From sequence record PV611675.1: a DNA stretch of 64,000 nucleotides. One strand, 5' to 3'. The notes under the pieces were generated by a model. It was not told the DNA's origin and did no database searches. It saw nothing but the letters and a program-made list of their open reading frames with translations. Origin of the DNA: Acinetobacter phage vB_AbaM_14/CRR8. This document shows positions 1-8,281 of this stretch, one piece after another. The position numbers and the translations under genes were made by a program. The first letter of the stretch is position 1. Each line of letters begins with the position of its first letter.

Positions 1-350
1 GGCAAACCTATGTCTCTTTTACAAGTATATTTTTGTAAATTTAAATTTGATTAAATAACTCACAAAAGTTAGACTTTGTCAAGCAGAATTTTCAGAGAAT
101 TTACTGTTTCATAGATGTGCAAGAATGTCAAGAAATATTGAAATTTCCTGAGATTTAATTAAATTAATTGAAATAATAAATAAAGATAACGATTGACAGG
201 ATGAGAATTGACAGGTATAATGATAATAGGATTATAATAATAGACAGGACTGCAATAGATGATGATGATAAGAATATAGTACCATAATTTCTCAAAAAGT
301 CAAGTCATTTATTGTTAAGAATTGTAATTAAATTAATTTAAATTAGTTGT

Positions 351-385
351 TGACAAGATGATGAGAAAGGGCCATAATGGGCACA
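351..385 (+). promoter_or_regulatory. sigma70-like promoter (TTGACA, 17-nt spacer, CATAAT)
   Basis: TTGACAagatgatgagaaagggcCATAAT read directly; lies upstream of a small ORF with a GAGGAG RBS. Confidence 0.5.
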
Positions 386-404
386 TAGTAGAGGAGTTAT
401 ACAA

Positions 405-515
405 ATGAAATGTAACGTACACAATATGATTGACAATGTAGAGTATGTATTCAGTGTTGTTATGGTGATGTTATTCTCACTTGTAGCGTACTTTGCTGGA
501 ATTAACTTATTTTAA
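405..515 (+). CDS. small hydrophobic peptide (36 aa, MKCNVHNMIDNVEYVFSVVMVMLFSLVAYFAGINLF)
   Basis: ATG 7 nt after a GAGGAG RBS and downstream of a consensus promoter; single predicted TM helix; below the 60-aa cutoff of the ORF track. Confidence 0.35.
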   Translation: MKCNVHNMIDNVEYVFSVVMVMLFSLVAYFAGINLF

Positions 516-526
516 GGTGTAAGACA

Positions 527-838
527 ATGACAACATTAAATCAAGCGGTAAATGGTGAATTAGTAAAGGGTACTATTGTACTATCTCAAATCATCCGTGA
601 GACAGATTTCTTTATGGACGACATAGGCAATCGTTACAGCTTGCAAATGTCAGGTGATGCAGACATAGACGGCAATGATGAATATGCATTGCACGATTAT
701 GAAGGTGGAACTCTTGGCTATGTGATTGAGTCTGACATGGTGGCATATACAGTCGATTGTGCTAAGAACATCACTAAGGTCCGTATATGTGGTCTATGGC
801 TACTACCTTATAAGCATGTACCAGTCAAGCTCATCTAA
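527..838 (+). CDS. hypothetical protein (103 aa)
   Basis: ORF with an AAGGTG RBS; followed by a hairpin terminator. Confidence 0.55.
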   Translation: MTTLNQAVNGELVKGTIVLSQIIRETDFFMDDIGNRYSLQMSGDADIDGNDEYALHDYEGGTLGYVIESDMVAYTVDCAKNITKVRICGLWLLPYKHVPVKLI

Positions 839-858
839 TGTGTAAGACAACAAACAAC

Positions 859-886
859 AAGAGGGCCTAGTGTCCTCTTTCTTATT
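859..886 (+). terminator. rho-independent terminator
   Basis: aagagggc-ctagt-gtcctctt hairpin with one G.U pair, followed by a T-rich tract. Confidence 0.55.
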
Positions 887-1247
887 GTCATAATATCAAT
901 AACAATATCACATCATTAACTATTTATTATAACAGCATAGTGCATCAACCAACTGTACACCATACAACATATAAACAATAACAGCAAACACATCACAAAT
1001 TTTATTAACTCCATAGCATACTCTCCTAAAGTATAACACAGATATTCAAATCTATATAGCCAAATATTTACAAATTTTTCACAGATATTCCAATTTTTCA
1101 GTTGACTTATATTTTAGGGTGTGGTAGGATGGGTTAAGTCAACACACTGACTGTACCGTCCCATATGTTTTCCTACCAAGTCCCTCCTAGATATTTTACT
1201 ATGTGAGAATAGTACCCCACCCTTTTATATACGTCAAGTAAAAAATT

Positions 1248-1592
1248 TTAAAAAATTCGATTTAACTCTTCAGAATCTTTTTCCTTAAAATACTCATAAG
1301 AAAGGTCTTCAACCATACCCCAGAATCGACTACCTTGAGGTGTTCGATGCCATACAAAGTCATCCAAGATACGACCTTTAAAATGATGGATACCTGAATT
1401 AAGCACGTGACGTATAAACAAACGACTCTTCAAATGTCGATACGCTTCTGGGTTTAAATTCTTCATCAAGTCCATCAATTCGTAATATCGATAACTTGGC
1501 TGATTACGCTTCAATGTTGTTGACCCAAACTTCCATACACGCTTAAGTGTACGTTTCTTTAGACGGTGTGGTACATGGTTATTCAATTTCAT
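1248..1592 (-). CDS. hypothetical early protein, paralog A (114 aa)
   Basis: N-terminus MKLNNHVPHRLKKRTLKR and a C-terminal W..T.QG..FW motif shared with the neighbouring gene. Confidence 0.5.
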   Translation of the reverse strand: MKLNNHVPHRLKKRTLKRVWKFGSTTLKRNQPSYRYYELMDLMKNLNPEAYRHLKSRLFIRHVLNSGIHHFKGRILDDFVWHRTPQGSRFWGMVEDLSYEYFKEKDSEELNRIF

Positions 1593-1755
1593 TTTAATGC
1601 CTCCAAATAGAATATGACAACAAATCCTACAAACATAAATAGGAAAAATTTAAATGCAGATTTCAAATTTTCCTCTGGTTCAATCCTCATTCAAACTCTC
1701 CTTTACAATATACACAAAGTATAAAACACCCAATTAAGGGTGTCAATACATTAAA

Positions 1756-2133
1756 TTAGAATAAGTCTATTTTAGCCATAGCTTGATCAAAATCTAGGTC
1801 ACGTTGCTTTCGCAACTTCTGGTAAACTTCAGCCCAAAAATTATAACCCTCTTCTGTTTGATACCACTTAAAGCAACCATCTAGAGAATCACAATAGACA
1901 AAGGATGAATCACGATTCTTAACCCTCAACATCTTCTCAAGCTTCGCTGCTGCGACTTTATTAAATCGTTTTACCTCATCAATCATAAGATGAAAGTTGC
2001 GAACCCTTAAATTCTCATGCTCAAATGTAAACATATAAAGATTATTTCTTAAACTCTTCTTCACCACTCGACGTTTAAGCTTATGTGGTGTATGGTTCAC
2101 TACCTTATTAATTATCACAAATACCTCCTTCAA
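1756..2133 (-). CDS. hypothetical early protein, paralog B (125 aa)
   Basis: VVNHTPHKLKRRVVKK and a W..TEEGYNFW motif that parallel the 1248-1592 product. Confidence 0.5.
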   Translation of the reverse strand: MKEVFVIINKVVNHTPHKLKRRVVKKSLRNNLYMFTFEHENLRVRNFHLMIDEVKRFNKVAAAKLEKMLRVKNRDSSFVYCDSLDGCFKWYQTEEGYNFWAEVYQKLRKQRDLDFDQAMAKIDLF

Positions 2134-2380
2134 TTCTTACCACTTTTTCAAATCTACTAATCTTAAAAGAGAATCGCTTATAGTCTTTAATCCACACACG
2201 ATCTCTGTCTCCAGAAATATCCAATTCTTTAACCGTATAGATAGAACCTTTCTTTACCACTTTCTGGCCTGAATCATCTATACAAATAATCTTATCTCCA
2301 TCTTTTAATTCCATATCACTCTCCACACAACTCTCTATAGATTCTTGGATTATCCATAATGATTGATGTAATACCTCCAC
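2108..2380 (-). CDS. hypothetical protein (90 aa)
   Basis: ORF in the compact overlapping leftward operon. Confidence 0.4.
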   Translation of the reverse strand: MEVLHQSLWIIQESIESCVESDMELKDGDKIICIDDSGQKVVKKGSIYTVKELDISGDRDRVWIKDYKRFSFKISRFEKVVRIEGGICDN

Positions 2381-2654
2381 CAGATGAGGTGTACACTATC
2401 GATCTAGCCTGACAGTCAATGACACGATACACATATGTACCTCTGTCTGTTTTAGCAAATTCAGGGTACACAGGTACATTACTATTGCTACGACTAGGTG
2501 TTATATACCCAGTGTATTGTGCTCCAGCTGAATGTGCTGACTGATTAGGTTGTGTGCAAGAGATCACACCAAGTGCCAAAGCAGCCAATACTGGTGCAAT
2601 CCAAATTTTAAATCTCTTCAAACTCTTCCTCCAATTCACCAAAATCACTGTCAT
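2316..2654 (-). CDS. putative secreted or lipoprotein (112 aa)
   Basis: N-terminal signal-like segment IWIAPVLAALALGVISC with a Cys after the hydrophobic core, giving a lipobox-like site. Confidence 0.45.
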   Translation of the reverse strand: MTVILVNWRKSLKRFKIWIAPVLAALALGVISCTQPNQSAHSAGAQYTGYITPSRSNSNVPVYPEFAKTDRGTYVYRVIDCQARSIVYTSSGGGITSIIMDNPRIYRELCGE

Positions 2655-2841
2655 CAGGTAATTCAGCCCAATGAGTTACACTATGTAGGTTAAAGCCAAA
2701 ACGGTCATAACTCGCCACATCAAAATTTGATATTTGGAATCCTTTCTTTGATCTGCGAACAAACACGACCTTATTGTATTCTGGTAGTACGTCACTTACC
2801 TTATGCCACTTAAGTTTAGTCTTCATAAGATTTACACACAC
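2608..2841 (-). CDS. hypothetical protein (77 aa)
   Basis: ORF in the leftward operon; acidic C-terminus. Confidence 0.35.
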   Translation of the reverse strand: MCVNLMKTKLKWHKVSDVLPEYNKVVFVRRSKKGFQISNFDVASYDRFGFNLHSVTHWAELPDDSDFGELEEEFEEI

Positions 2842-3181
2842 TTACGAATGGTAGACAAGTGAGTCCTGCACATTCAATTAATACTGGACCATGTACGTTA
2901 CTCATGGCTTCCCAAATCTGGTTGACAACCTTAAATAAATCAATTTCAGGTTCTTGATGGATACCTATGATACGTTCCATTTCAAACCAACCTGTCATAG
3001 TAGGATCAGCTGCTTGAAAGAACCCATTGATTGGTTCAAATCCTGTATTTTGCTTGATCTGATTCAAAACAGTAGGCATACACAGGTGAAATACCACATC
3101 TTTCTTTAAAGTTACTCGGAACCAGCCTCTGGTCTTATATCCAGCACTCCAACTCATTTGATTTTCCACATTTACCTCCAA
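2816..3181 (-). CDS. hypothetical protein (about 115-121 aa; start uncertain, TTG/GTG/ATG candidates)
   Basis: ORF preceded by GGAGGT on the minus strand. Confidence 0.45.
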   Translation of the reverse strand: MEVNVENQMSWSAGYKTRGWFRVTLKKDVVFHLCMPTVLNQIKQNTGFEPINGFFQAADPTMTGWFEMERIIGIHQEPEIDLFKVVNQIWEAMSNVHGPVLIECAGLTCLPFVSVCKSYED

Positions 3182-3376
3182 TATCGCTAAATTTTCTGCA
3201 TCGTAACATGAATAAAGTAAGTGTGCAAGGACTTTCCCTAAAGAAAGTCCATATAGCTTATTCCTCTATATTCCATACCACAATGTGTACTACACATACA
3301 CCAATCCTTTTGCATCATCCTAAGCTGCGGATAGAACTTAAAACAGTTTGCACACATAAACCATTCTTCTTTAACC

Positions 3377-3718
3377 TTAAAGGTCTTCTGGTTGTACTTC
3401 TGGTACGATTCCAAGTCCTGATAACCCATCTGGTAAGGTATCAGAAGTGGCTCCGTAATTATTGTCCACGGAAACTCCGCTATATTGGTAGTAATATGTA
3501 GACTCATGATCGTACAAAGCTCTACGTACCATATCATCAATATAATTTGCAAGCATGATAGCATTCTTTGCCTCCCCTCTAGTCATTCCACCTTTAAGTT
3601 TTACAGGTTTAAGTTTTCTTGGCTTTGGAGGTTTTCCACCGATAGGTGGTACGGCCTGAACCACACCACATTTCCACACCTCCCAACCCCCACGGCTTCG
3701 CCTTAATTTCAGACTCAT
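3377..3718 (-). CDS. hypothetical basic protein (113 aa)
   Basis: ORF; Lys/Pro-rich N-terminus (GGKPPKPRKLKPVKLKGG). Confidence 0.45.
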   Translation of the reverse strand: MSLKLRRSRGGWEVWKCGVVQAVPPIGGKPPKPRKLKPVKLKGGMTRGEAKNAIMLANYIDDMVRRALYDHESTYYYQYSGVSVDNNYGATSDTLPDGLSGLGIVPEVQPEDL

Positions 3719-4050
3719 AGGCCCATCTCCTCTTCAAAGATTTGTAAGGTTTCATTGTAATCACCATTATGCTGGATGTCGTTGTAGACATTTACAGGGA
3801 CCCATTCATTACCTTGTCTAAGTACATGTCCATCTTTATAAACACCATTATAATGACCATTAACAACCCAAAAGTCTTGCTCCTCTTTACTGTTTACATC
3901 AATGCCATTATCAGTTGAAACTAAATTTAAATGTTTAGGGTTTCTAACGTCCTGTATGATACTGTAAGTCATAGAACAACTCCAAATAACGAATATAAAA
4001 TAAAAGCTCCCATTGTTGTCTTTGTCAGAAATAAAGCCAATGCAAGCCAT
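3715..4050 (-). CDS. hypothetical protein (111 aa)
   Basis: ORF with ATGA start/stop overlap with its downstream neighbour. Confidence 0.45.
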   Translation of the reverse strand: MACIGFISDKDNNGSFYFIFVIWSCSMTYSIIQDVRNPKHLNLVSTDNGIDVNSKEEQDFWVVNGHYNGVYKDGHVLRQGNEWVPVNVYNDIQHNGDYNETLQIFEEEMGL

Positions 4051-4098
4051 AACACACCAAATACTACAAACCCAACAACTGTAGCTAAATCTCTCATA

Positions 4099-4497
4099 TC
4101 ATCCACTTAACCTACCTCCTCTAGTTGTGATAAAATTCTGTATCACCCTTCCATGACAAGGTTGATCTAGGTTACAGAAACAATGGAGTGTCAATGGAGC
4201 ACTCTTGCTGTGCAAGATCAGCTCACCGAGCGCATCATAAGCTTCTGGACTAAGCCTACGACCCACCAGATCGCTCTCAAATCGCTTTACAGCCTCTTCT
4301 GCTGTATCGACGTAGGTCACATCATATTTTGATGGTTTCGAGCTGTATGGGTTCCCTAGAGGGCTTCCACGGCCTATATAGACATCATTTCCAACCTTCC
4401 AGTATGAAGCCTTGTTAAACTTCTCAATTGTCCCATTGTGGATTTTAGCCATACTGACAGGGTAAACTTCAACATCAAACAAAATTTCCATCCTCAT
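4099..4497 (-). CDS. DUF4326-like protein (132 aa)
   Basis: motif NDVYIGRGSPLGNPY resembles the YIGR...WGNPF signature of DUF4326 phage proteins; recalled from memory, not searched. Confidence 0.4.
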   Translation of the reverse strand: MRMEILFDVEVYPVSMAKIHNGTIEKFNKASYWKVGNDVYIGRGSPLGNPYSSKPSKYDVTYVDTAEEAVKRFESDLVGRRLSPEAYDALGELILHSKSAPLTLHCFCNLDQPCHGRVIQNFITTRGGRLSG

Positions 4498-5044
4498 TCA
4501 AGCTTAAATTAATAACTAAAAGATCAGTAAGCTTCTTATGTAATTCAATAACATTACTTAAGTCTAAATCAATTTCTAAACTTAGCTCTGAACGATTATA
4601 CTCAAGTGTAACACTTTGCTCTTGATAACCTATATCAAATGCACCAACTTGTTTTGTGCCACAATTCAGCAAGTGTTCTTTGTACTGCTTAACAAAATCT
4701 TTTAACTCACCAGATTCATTTCCTAAGCGCCAAGTAGACCAAGATTCATCTGTTAATACATGACGTAAGAAGTCTGGATGGTAATCTTTCCATACACCAT
4801 CATGTGTACATCCACTAGATGCTTCACCAAATTCATCCTTCCAATCTTCATCAAGCTCTAAGTCAACCTTACCATGTTGACTTAGGCATTCATAACAGAA
4901 GTAGCCTCGACAATCTTCACACTGGTAATCCATACCACGGTTAATTACATTGTTGCAACCCTCTTGGTCACAATAAGCTTCCACTGAATAACCTATAAAT
5001 CGATACTTGCCGTGGAATTTGGATTGACCTATACCGTAACCCAT
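4475..5044 (-). CDS. Cys-rich putative zinc-binding protein (189 aa)
   Basis: CDQEGC...CEDCRGYFCYEC cluster near the N-terminus; good GGAGG RBS. Confidence 0.5.
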   Translation of the reverse strand: MGYGIGQSKFHGKYRFIGYSVEAYCDQEGCNNVINRGMDYQCEDCRGYFCYECLSQHGKVDLELDEDWKDEFGEASSGCTHDGVWKDYHPDFLRHVLTDESWSTWRLGNESGELKDFVKQYKEHLLNCGTKQVGAFDIGYQEQSVTLEYNRSELSLEIDLDLSNVIELHKKLTDLLVINLSLNEDGNFV

Positions 5045-5099
5045 TTTCTTACCTCCAATAAAAAGACCTCACACATATTAATGCATGAGGTCTGTTGTG

Positions 5100-5555
5100 T
5101 CAATAACTATCTGAGCTAGAACTGCAAGATGAGCTTGAGTCATAAGATGATCCAGAATCACTTGAACTACACGATCCAGAACTATATGACGGTGTACTGT
5201 CAAATGTGCTAACAACGGCAGCTGTTGTCAATAGAGTCATAGCTGGGTCATTTTGTGATGTTGTTTGTGTGCTTGAAGCAACACTTCTTCGATTGCTAAT
5301 TGGTAGCTTTGATGCTTGAAGCTCCTCAATCTTTACATTCATAACATCAGTTTTCGAAACAATGGAGTTGATGGTGCGCCCTTGAGTAACAATAGTACTC
5401 TCAAGGCTCAAAACTCGATCGTTTGTTGCATCAATAGATTTCTTAAGTTTAGCTTCAGACTTACTGTACTTAGAACCAAGTAAGTAAACTATAGCTCCAA
5501 TAATTAATACAGACACAATAATAATTAATACTGACGAACCTAATCCCATAAACAC
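5100..5555 (-). CDS. membrane protein with Ser-rich C-terminal tail (151 aa)
   Basis: N-terminal TM helix (LGSSVLIIIVSVLIIGAIVYLL), then a coiled region and an S/D/C-rich tail; AGAGG RBS. Confidence 0.5.
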   Translation of the reverse strand: MFMGLGSSVLIIIVSVLIIGAIVYLLGSKYSKSEAKLKKSIDATNDRVLSLESTIVTQGRTINSIVSKTDVMNVKIEELQASKLPISNRRSVASSTQTTSQNDPAMTLLTTAAVVSTFDSTPSYSSGSCSSSDSGSSYDSSSSCSSSSDSY

Positions 5556-5622
5556 CTCTTTAATTTAATTAAATAATAAATTAAATATGTGGACCACACC
5601 ACATACCATCCATAAAGACTCA

Positions 5623-5853
5623 TTAAAAACTTACCCTCTTAATTGATGAATCCACACCTGAAGCGGATAAGCCTGATCTTAGACCACTTACAAAATCTTC
5701 AATCAGTTTTACTACAGCATCTGTTGTTAAGCCATATTCACTTGATTGTTGTCGATAGATTTCTACATTAGCAATCTCAACAATGATTTTTGTATGCTTT
5801 CTCTTTTCACCGTGAGCTTTCACGGTTCTGGTTTTTATTAATATTTCAACCAT
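5623..5853 (-). CDS. hypothetical protein (about 76 aa; ORF-track start at 5901 is TTG with a poor RBS)
   Basis: internal ATG with GGAGG upstream on the minus strand. Confidence 0.4.
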   Translation of the reverse strand: MVEILIKTRTVKAHGEKRKHTKIIVEIANVEIYRQQSSEYGLTTDAVVKLIEDFVSGLRSGLSASGVDSSIKRVSF

Positions 5854-5985
5854 AAGATAATTGCACCTCCAATAACCAGTGAGGAGAGATATAAATACCA
5901 AACCTCACTGTATTTATCTTCGTAAAGATAATCAGACATTGCTTGGAACAGGCTTAATAAGACTACTACAAGCAAAGCTCCCATA

Positions 5986-6249
5986 TTAAACTCGACTATT
6001 CACTTTGTATCGACCTTTACCAAACAACTCATCACATGCCTCTTGAGCCTTCTCTCTGGTTGTGGCTTTGAAATATGTCATAAAGTCCATAGCATTCTTA
6101 ATCCAGAAACCCGTAGGAGATTCAAATATACTGAAATTCTTAGGGTTGTCGATGAATACACGACAATTATTGACATAAATAATCCCACCATTTGCCAAAG
6201 CTTCACTGATTTCTACTTCAGTTGAATTTTTTGATTTCTTAGATGACAT
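5986..6249 (-). CDS. hypothetical protein (87 aa)
   Basis: ORF with a GGAG RBS. Confidence 0.45.
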   Translation of the reverse strand: MSSKKSKNSTEVEISEALANGGIIYVNNCRVFIDNPKNFSIFESPTGFWIKNAMDFMTYFKATTREKAQEACDELFGKGRYKVNSRV

Positions 6250-6283
6250 GTGATATCTCCAGTTGTTAGTTATTGGCAGTTAA

Positions 6284-6703
6284 TTACTTAGTTTGAGTTT
6301 TCTTACGAGTGGCTTTTACTTTAGGAGCTTCTTTTCCATCTCCACCACCTGTTCCTGTAGGCTCTCCACCATTATCTTCTGTGTTGCCAGCTCCAGCTTC
6401 ATCTGTTCCACTTCCAGTCTCAGGTCCTGATTCATCACCTGTGGTTTCTCCTGACCGATTTTCTTCACCACCTGTCTCGTTAGGGGTTTCGCTATTTCCA
6501 GCACCAACGCCTTCACCAACTGGCTGCTCATCAACATCTCCTTCTTTTTCCTTCATTGTAATCGTAACACTACCAAAATAATTATGACACTGTGAATATA
6601 CAGGTTCATAACCTTGAAGCGTTGCTTCATGAATGGTTTTCACCATCAAACCAATGTTTGTTCCAATCATAGGGAAACTAGCAACAATTGGGCTTTTACT
6701 CAT
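6284..6703 (-). CDS. hypothetical protein with Gly/Glu/Thr-rich low-complexity region and Lys-rich tail (139 aa)
   Basis: first gene of the leftward operon; strong AAGGAG RBS 8 nt upstream. Confidence 0.5.
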   Translation of the reverse strand: MSKSPIVASFPMIGTNIGLMVKTIHEATLQGYEPVYSQCHNYFGSVTITMKEKEGDVDEQPVGEGVGAGNSETPNETGGEENRSGETTGDESGPETGSGTDEAGAGNTEDNGGEPTGTGGGDGKEAPKVKATRKKTQTK

Positions 6704-6732
6704 AATTAACTCCTTCGTAAATTTGAGTCACT

Positions 6733-6760
6733 ATAGTATCATAAAAAATATGTATGTCAA
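6733..6760 (-). promoter_or_regulatory. leftward sigma70-like promoter for the early operon
   Basis: reverse complement reads TTGACA, 16-nt spacer, TACTAT. Confidence 0.4.
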
Positions 6761-7078
6761 CAAGTAAATGTAAATAATTTAAAATATATTTTGTCTATCG
6801 CCTCAGAGGACTGAGACGAAGACAGGGTTAATAAATTAACTCTTGCACAATTACAATACTTAACAATTTATAACTTGACAAATTAGAAAACAATGATATA
6901 TTAATTATAATCCTGTGAATTATTACTCCTGTCTATTGTTTATATTTACTTGTTATTCCTTTCTATTATCATATTCTCTTATTAACAATTAAAAGTTATA
7001 CCTTAATTATTAATATCCAGCGAATTCAATTTAATTAATAAAATAATTAAATTATTACTTGACATCTTATTTACATTA

Positions 7079-7127
7079 CTTTACAATAAAAGTCTTGACT
7101 TTTGAGAAAGTTGTGGTATAGTATTAT
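7079..7127 (+). promoter_or_regulatory. promoter repeat copy 1 (ctttacaataaaagtcTTGACT, 16-nt spacer, TATAGTatta)
   Basis: near-identical about 48-bp repeat also found at 7368-7416; has -35 and -10 boxes. Confidence 0.5.
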
Positions 7128-7184
7128 TCATAGATCAGAGAAACACAACTTCTGATACCGATTCACCAACCCAAGGAGCAATAC

Positions 7185-7358
7185 ATGAGATGTATTTGTT
7201 GTGATACTCCTTTAACATCTTTTGATGATCCTGATATGTGCAAGGTTTGCATTAAAGCAAGTCAAGACGAATCTACTAGATTCCGTGATCCACAACATGC
7301 ACTCATCACAGATAAAGATTTTAGAAGAAAGTACAAACCACATAAACCTCAACGATAA
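7185..7358 (+). CDS. small zinc-ribbon protein (57 aa, MRCICCDTPL...CKVC...)
   Basis: AAGGAG RBS 7 nt upstream of the ATG; two CxxC pairs; below the ORF-track size cutoff. Confidence 0.45.
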   Translation: MRCICCDTPLTSFDDPDMCKVCIKASQDESTRFRDPQHALITDKDFRRKYKPHKPQR

Positions 7359-7367
7359 GTTACATAA

Positions 7368-7416
7368 CTTTACAATAAAGTTCTTGACAAATCGAGAAAT
7401 TGTGGTATAGTATTAG
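7368..7416 (+). promoter_or_regulatory. promoter repeat copy 2 (ctttacaataaagttcTTGACA, 16-nt spacer, TATAGTatta)
   Basis: duplicate of the 7079-7127 element, positioned to drive the tRNA cluster. Confidence 0.5.
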
Positions 7417-7477
7417 TATAGATTAAATTATTTTTAATTTTAAATATTTACCTCCAATACTCAATAATAAGATATTT

Positions 7478-7566
7478 GGAGGGTAGCGTCAAGGTGACAA
7501 AGTGGACTTGAAATCCATGCCATTGGTTAGTAGCCGATGAAGGTTCGATTCCTTTACCCTCCTCCA
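7478..7566 (+). tRNA. tRNA-Ser (anticodon UGA), type II with long variable arm, CCA encoded
   Basis: acceptor ggagggt/accctcc; anticodon stem gtgga/tccat with loop cuUGAaa; T-arm gaagg-ttcgatt-ccttt. Confidence 0.65.
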
Positions 7567-7619
7567 GATTCTAAATCAATTTAATTATTTATTTAATTAA
7601 ATTCATTTAGGATTTCAAC

Positions 7620-7707
7620 GGTAGAAGAAATTCATAGGTTGTTTCGCTCCCTGCTAAGGAGATGGACTGCTAACGCGGTTGTGTTTCGATTACACCTTCT
7701 ATCGCCA
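7620..7707 (+). tRNA. tRNA-Ser (anticodon GCU) candidate, type II, CCA encoded
   Basis: acceptor ggtagaa/ttctatc with one G.U; anticodon loop cuGCUaa; 4-bp T-stem; D-arm atypical. Confidence 0.45.
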
Positions 7708-7819
7708 AACATACTTCGGCTATTTCGCTACCGAAGGAGTTGGGATTTGCTGGTACAGACTCTTAGGCAAACCAGTCTATGGTAATTTAATTTTTTAATT
7801 AATTTAATTGAGGTGATTA

Positions 7820-8059
7820 ATGTTAGGTTTTAATACATGCTCTGATAAGATCGCAGCAAAAGCTGGTGATGCTTTTTCAGGAATGAAAGCAAAGATTAAC
7901 AAAGGTATTGAGGATATTCAATCTGGTATGAATAACCGTATTGGGCTTTTAGCAAAGGCTGAAGATGAAGTTGCTAAACTTCGTGCTGATATCGAAAAAG
8001 ATAAAGCTAACATTAAAATTCTTCAAACGAAGAGCGAAGCATTGGATGCTTTGATTTAA
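7820..8059 (+). CDS. hypothetical protein (79 aa, coiled-coil-like)
   Basis: GAGGTG RBS; ORF inside the tRNA region. Confidence 0.5.
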   Translation: MLGFNTCSDKIAAKAGDAFSGMKAKINKGIEDIQSGMNNRIGLLAKAEDEVAKLRADIEKDKANIKILQTKSEALDALI

Positions 8060-8126
8060 GTTAGTTGGTGACGTGTTGGATGTTTAGAATAATGGAAGTT
8101 ATTAGAAGTATTTAACGTCACCTGTA

Positions 8127-8214
8127 CCGCCTACTCCCCTCAATAGCCTTCTAAGCTATCGACATGAAATAGAGGGAAGGTAGTCAGAAGGTTCGATTCC
8201 TTGTGGGCGGTCCA
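8127..8214 (+). tRNA. tRNA-like element; possible anticodon UCU, internal arms non-canonical
   Basis: acceptor ccgccta/tgggcgg, T-arm and CCA are canonical; the perfect anticodon-like hairpin atagc-cuUCUaa-gctat is misplaced relative to a normal cloverleaf. Confidence 0.3.
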
Positions 8215-8281
8215 ATTGTTTATATTAGGAAGGGTACTCGACCTACCTTTCACTAATATAAATAACATAGAGGTCGAGTCT

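Noticed and set aside
3238-3564. 108-aa minus-strand ORF overlapping 3377-3718 in another frame
   Set aside because: Its full length overlaps a better-supported gene; only its 3' 39-codon Cys-rich portion (3238-3357) could be real, and I could not find a convincing RBS for it
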